A stretch of 17,055 bases of DNA from Sulfurovum sp. (GTDB taxonomy: Bacteria > Campylobacterota > Campylobacteria > Campylobacterales > Sulfurovaceae), in assembly GCA_002733355.1 (NCBI GenBank), contig NVVN01000001.1, forward strand, positions 228,688-245,742, written 5' to 3'. Under the pieces are notes generated by a model. The model had not been told where the DNA came from. It saw nothing but the letters and a program-made list of their open reading frames with translations, and ran no database searches. The translations under genes and the position numbers were made by a program. Numbering within the stretch: position 1 is the first letter of the stretch; each line of letters opens with the position of its first letter. Below are positions 14,801 to 17,055 of this stretch, one piece after another.

Positions 14801-16672
14801 CTATTTTCTTGCTTTTTGTCTCATTTTTATATGTACATGTACTATTTCTAATGCTGCGGGTGTGACACCTGATATTTGCGAGGCAGAAAAAAGTGTGGGT
14901 GGTGTTGCAAGTTCAAGTTTTTCTATAACCTCATTACTGAGTCCTGATATTGAATTATATACAAAATCTAATGGTATCTTGATTTTAAGCATATCATCCA
15001 TTTGGAGGATTTGTGCTTGTTGTTTCTCTATATAACGGCTGTATTTTGCTTCTATAAGTATTTGTTCTATCACTTCATCTTCATATTTATCAAAGTCTGG
15101 CAGTAAAGTGGTAAGTTTTTCTCTATTAATGTCTCCACGCCCTATGACATCCATCCAGCGTGTTTTTTCATTGATTTTTACTGCCCCTATTTCTTCTAGT
15201 TTTGCTAAAAAAATCTTGTTTGGGGTCACGTAGTTTTCTGACAAAAACAATAGTGCTTCATCAAGTGCAGTTTTTTTTACTTCAAACTTATCCATATAGA
15301 CATCATCTAAAAGTCCTAACTCTTTTCCATAACGTGAAAGTCTCATGTCTGCATTGTCTTCTCGTAAAAGAAGTCTATACTCAGCGCGACTTGTAAACAT
15401 ACGGTAAGGTTCCTTGGTTCCTTTGGTAACAAGGTCATCTATGAGTACGCCGATATAGGCTTCGTCACGTCTAAGGATAAAAGGTTCTTTGCCTTGTATA
15501 TTAAGCGCTGCATTAATCCCTGCCATGAGACCTTGTGCGGCTGCTTCTTCATACCCTGTGGTACCATTAATCTGTCCAGCAGTATAAAGCCCTTTTATCT
15601 TTTTAGTTTCCAAGGTATGTTTGAGTTCTGTTGGTTGCACATAGTCATACTCTATCGCATAGCCATAACGTACTATTTTGGCATTTTCCATACCTTCTAT
15701 TGACTGTATCATTTCAAGTTGTACATCTATAGGTAGAGAAGTGCTCATACCATTGATATAATACTCCGTTTCATCCATGGTTTGAGGCTCCACAAATATC
15801 TGATGTCGAGGCCTGTCACGAAAACGACTAATTTTATCTTCGATACTTGGACAGTAACGTGGACCTACACCTTCTATCTGCCCAGAAAACATCGGTGCTC
15901 TATGGAAGTTAGATTCTATTATTTTATGCGTCTCTTCATTCGTGTACGTGATATAACATGGTAACTGTTTAGGATTAAAGGTTTTTTTATCTGTTCTAAA
16001 CGAAAAGGGTGGAGGAGGCACATCTCCAGGTTGTTCTTCCATCACAGAAGTATCTACAGATTTTGCATCTATTCTTGCGCAGGTTCCTGTCTTTAACCTA
16101 CCAATTTCGATACCCAGACTTTTCATATATTCTGCCAGTTCAACTGAGGCAAATTCCCCTTGTCTTCCAGCAGTTTGTTTTTTATCTCCTATATGAATCA
16201 GTCCATTTAAAAATGTCCCTGCAGTAATGATGACTTTTGAAGCTTCATACGTATTACCAAGTTGGGTTGTCACACCTTTGACTATCCCATCTTCTACCAC
16301 AAGCCCATCGGCTATCTCTTGCTTGACATCTAGGTTGATAGTATTGAGCACTACATTACGCATGTACAAACGGTACTTATCCATATCTATCTGTGCTCTT
16401 GTACCTCGTACTGCCGGACCTTTGGAAGCATTGAGTGTTCTAAACTGTATACCTGTTTTGTCTGTACAAATGCCCATCTCACCACCAAGAGCATCTACTT
16501 CACGCACCAAGTGTCCTTTCGCAAGCCCACCTATGGCAGGATTACAAGAACTGGCACCTATTTGTTCCGCTAATATAGTAATGAGTAGTGTCTTAACACC
16601 CATACGTGCAGAAGCCAATGAGGCTTCTATCCCCGCATGGCCACCACCAATGACGATAACATCATAATCCAT
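14801..16672 (-). CDS. mnmG: tRNA uridine 5-carboxymethylaminomethyl modification enzyme MnmG (GidA)
   Basis: [53 protein letters not shown] and [14 protein letters not shown]. Confidence 0.98.
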   Translation of the reverse strand: MDYDVIVIGGGHAGIEASLASARMGVKTLLITILAEQIGASSCNPAIGGLAKGHLVREVDALGGEMGICTDKTGIQFRTLNASKGPAVRGTRAQIDMDKYRLYMRNVVLNTINLDVKQEIADGLVVEDGIVKGVTTQLGNTYEASKVIITAGTFLNGLIHIGDKKQTAGRQGEFASVELAEYMKSLGIEIGRLKTGTCARIDAKSVDTSVMEEQPGDVPPPPFSFRTDKKTFNPKQLPCYITYTNEETHKIIESNFHRAPMFSGQIEGVGPRYCPSIEDKISRFRDRPRHQIFVEPQTMDETEYYINGMSTSLPIDVQLEMIQSIEGMENAKIVRYGYAIEYDYVQPTELKHTLETKKIKGLYTAGQINGTTGYEEAAAQGLMAGINAALNIQGKEPFILRRDEAYIGVLIDDLVTKGTKEPYRMFTSRAEYRLLLREDNADMRLSRYGKELGLLDDVYMDKFEVKKTALDEALLFLSENYVTPNKIFLAKLEEIGAVKINEKTRWMDVIGRGDINREKLTTLLPDFDKYEDEVIEQILIEAKYSRYIEKQQAQILQMDDMLKIKIPLDFVYNSISGLSNEVIEKLELATPPTLFSASQISGVTPAALEIVHVHIKMRQKARK

Positions 16673-16683
16673 TTTAAACCTTG

Positions 16684-16704
16684 TGCTATAATATGCGAAT
16701 TATA
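16684..16704. promoter_or_regulatory. Interlocked bidirectional promoter for mnmG and riboflavin synthase
   Basis: Plus strand TGCTATAAT at 16684-16692 and minus strand TATAAT at 16704-16699, inside a 52-nt spacer. Confidence 0.7.
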
Positions 16705-16724
16705 TCCAAATAAATTGAGGTACT

Positions 16725-17055
16725 ATGTTTACAGGACTTATACGAGAAATAGCCAAAGTAAAAAACTATCAAAACAACATCTTAACCATCCAATCAGAGC
16801 ATAAAGCAAAACTTGGAGATTCTATCGCTATCAATGGTGTATGTTTGACAGTCATAAATGTACATAGTGATGGTTTTGATCTCGAGCTCGCAGATGAAAC
16901 CCGTGGCATCATAGATGAGAGTAAGATAAGTGGACAGGTACATTTGGAACCTGCGATGATGATGGGTGATCGTTTTGAAGGACATATCGTTCAGGGACAT
17001 GTGGATTGTGTGGGGACAGTGAGCAAAATAACTCCTAGAGAAAATGCCACTGATT
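16725..17055 (+). CDS. ribE: Riboflavin synthase (alpha chain; ribC in E. coli nomenclature); partial, runs off the right edge
   Basis: Not in the ORF track; translated by hand: MFTGLIREIAKV...LGDSIAINGVCLTV...VHLEPAMMMGDRFEGHIVQGHVD. GAGG SD at 16717-16720. Confidence 0.96.
   Translation, partial: MFTGLIREIAKVKNYQNNILTIQSEHKAKLGDSIAINGVCLTVINVHSDGFDLELADETRGIIDESKISGQVHLEPAMMMGDRFEGHIVQGHVDCVGTVSKITPRENATD

Noticed and set aside
16673..16724. FMN riboswitch upstream of riboflavin synthase
   Set aside because: The spacer is only 52 nt and is filled by promoter elements.
1646..17000. Short antisense or alternative-frame ORFs in the track (e.g. 1646-1993, 2103-2642, 4277-4570, 12771-13187, 13545-13817, 16227-16667, 16794-17000)
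   Set aside because: They overlap well-supported conserved genes, show no recognisable motifs and look like shadow ORFs.
1..17055. CRISPR array, tRNA/rRNA, transposase, prophage or defence system
   Set aside because: No regularly spaced repeats, cloverleaf signatures or mobile-element proteins were seen. The longest spacer is about 217 nt.

Overview
AT-rich housekeeping region of a Campylobacterota (epsilonproteobacterial) chromosome; the gene content is consistent with a Sulfurovum-like organism, but that assignment is inference. Almost all genes are on the minus strand. From left to right they are: a partial class II Fic-family gene, hom, an AlaC-like aminotransferase, a RodZ-like membrane protein, rlmB, rsmI, rpmE, rsmE, a small membrane protein, moeA (+ strand), a split lipoprotein cytochrome c gene, an orphan 65-aa lipoprotein, queD (QueD2 type), queE, moaA, petC, petB, petA, mnmG and a partial riboflavin synthase (+ strand). 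The order hom to moaA resembles a conserved Campylobacterota block as I recall it from C. jejuni. I see no CRISPR array, RNA gene, transposase or clearly new multi-gene system. The best leads are small-scale: a structured three-way-junction 5' leader upstream of rpmE (candidate L31 r-leader), a cytochrome c lipoprotein gene broken by a missing base in an A6 tract and an ACG in place of the expected start, fragments of a GC-rich intergenic repeat, a REP-like nested hairpin after petC, a probable leaderless rlmB transcript and interlocked bidirectional promoters.
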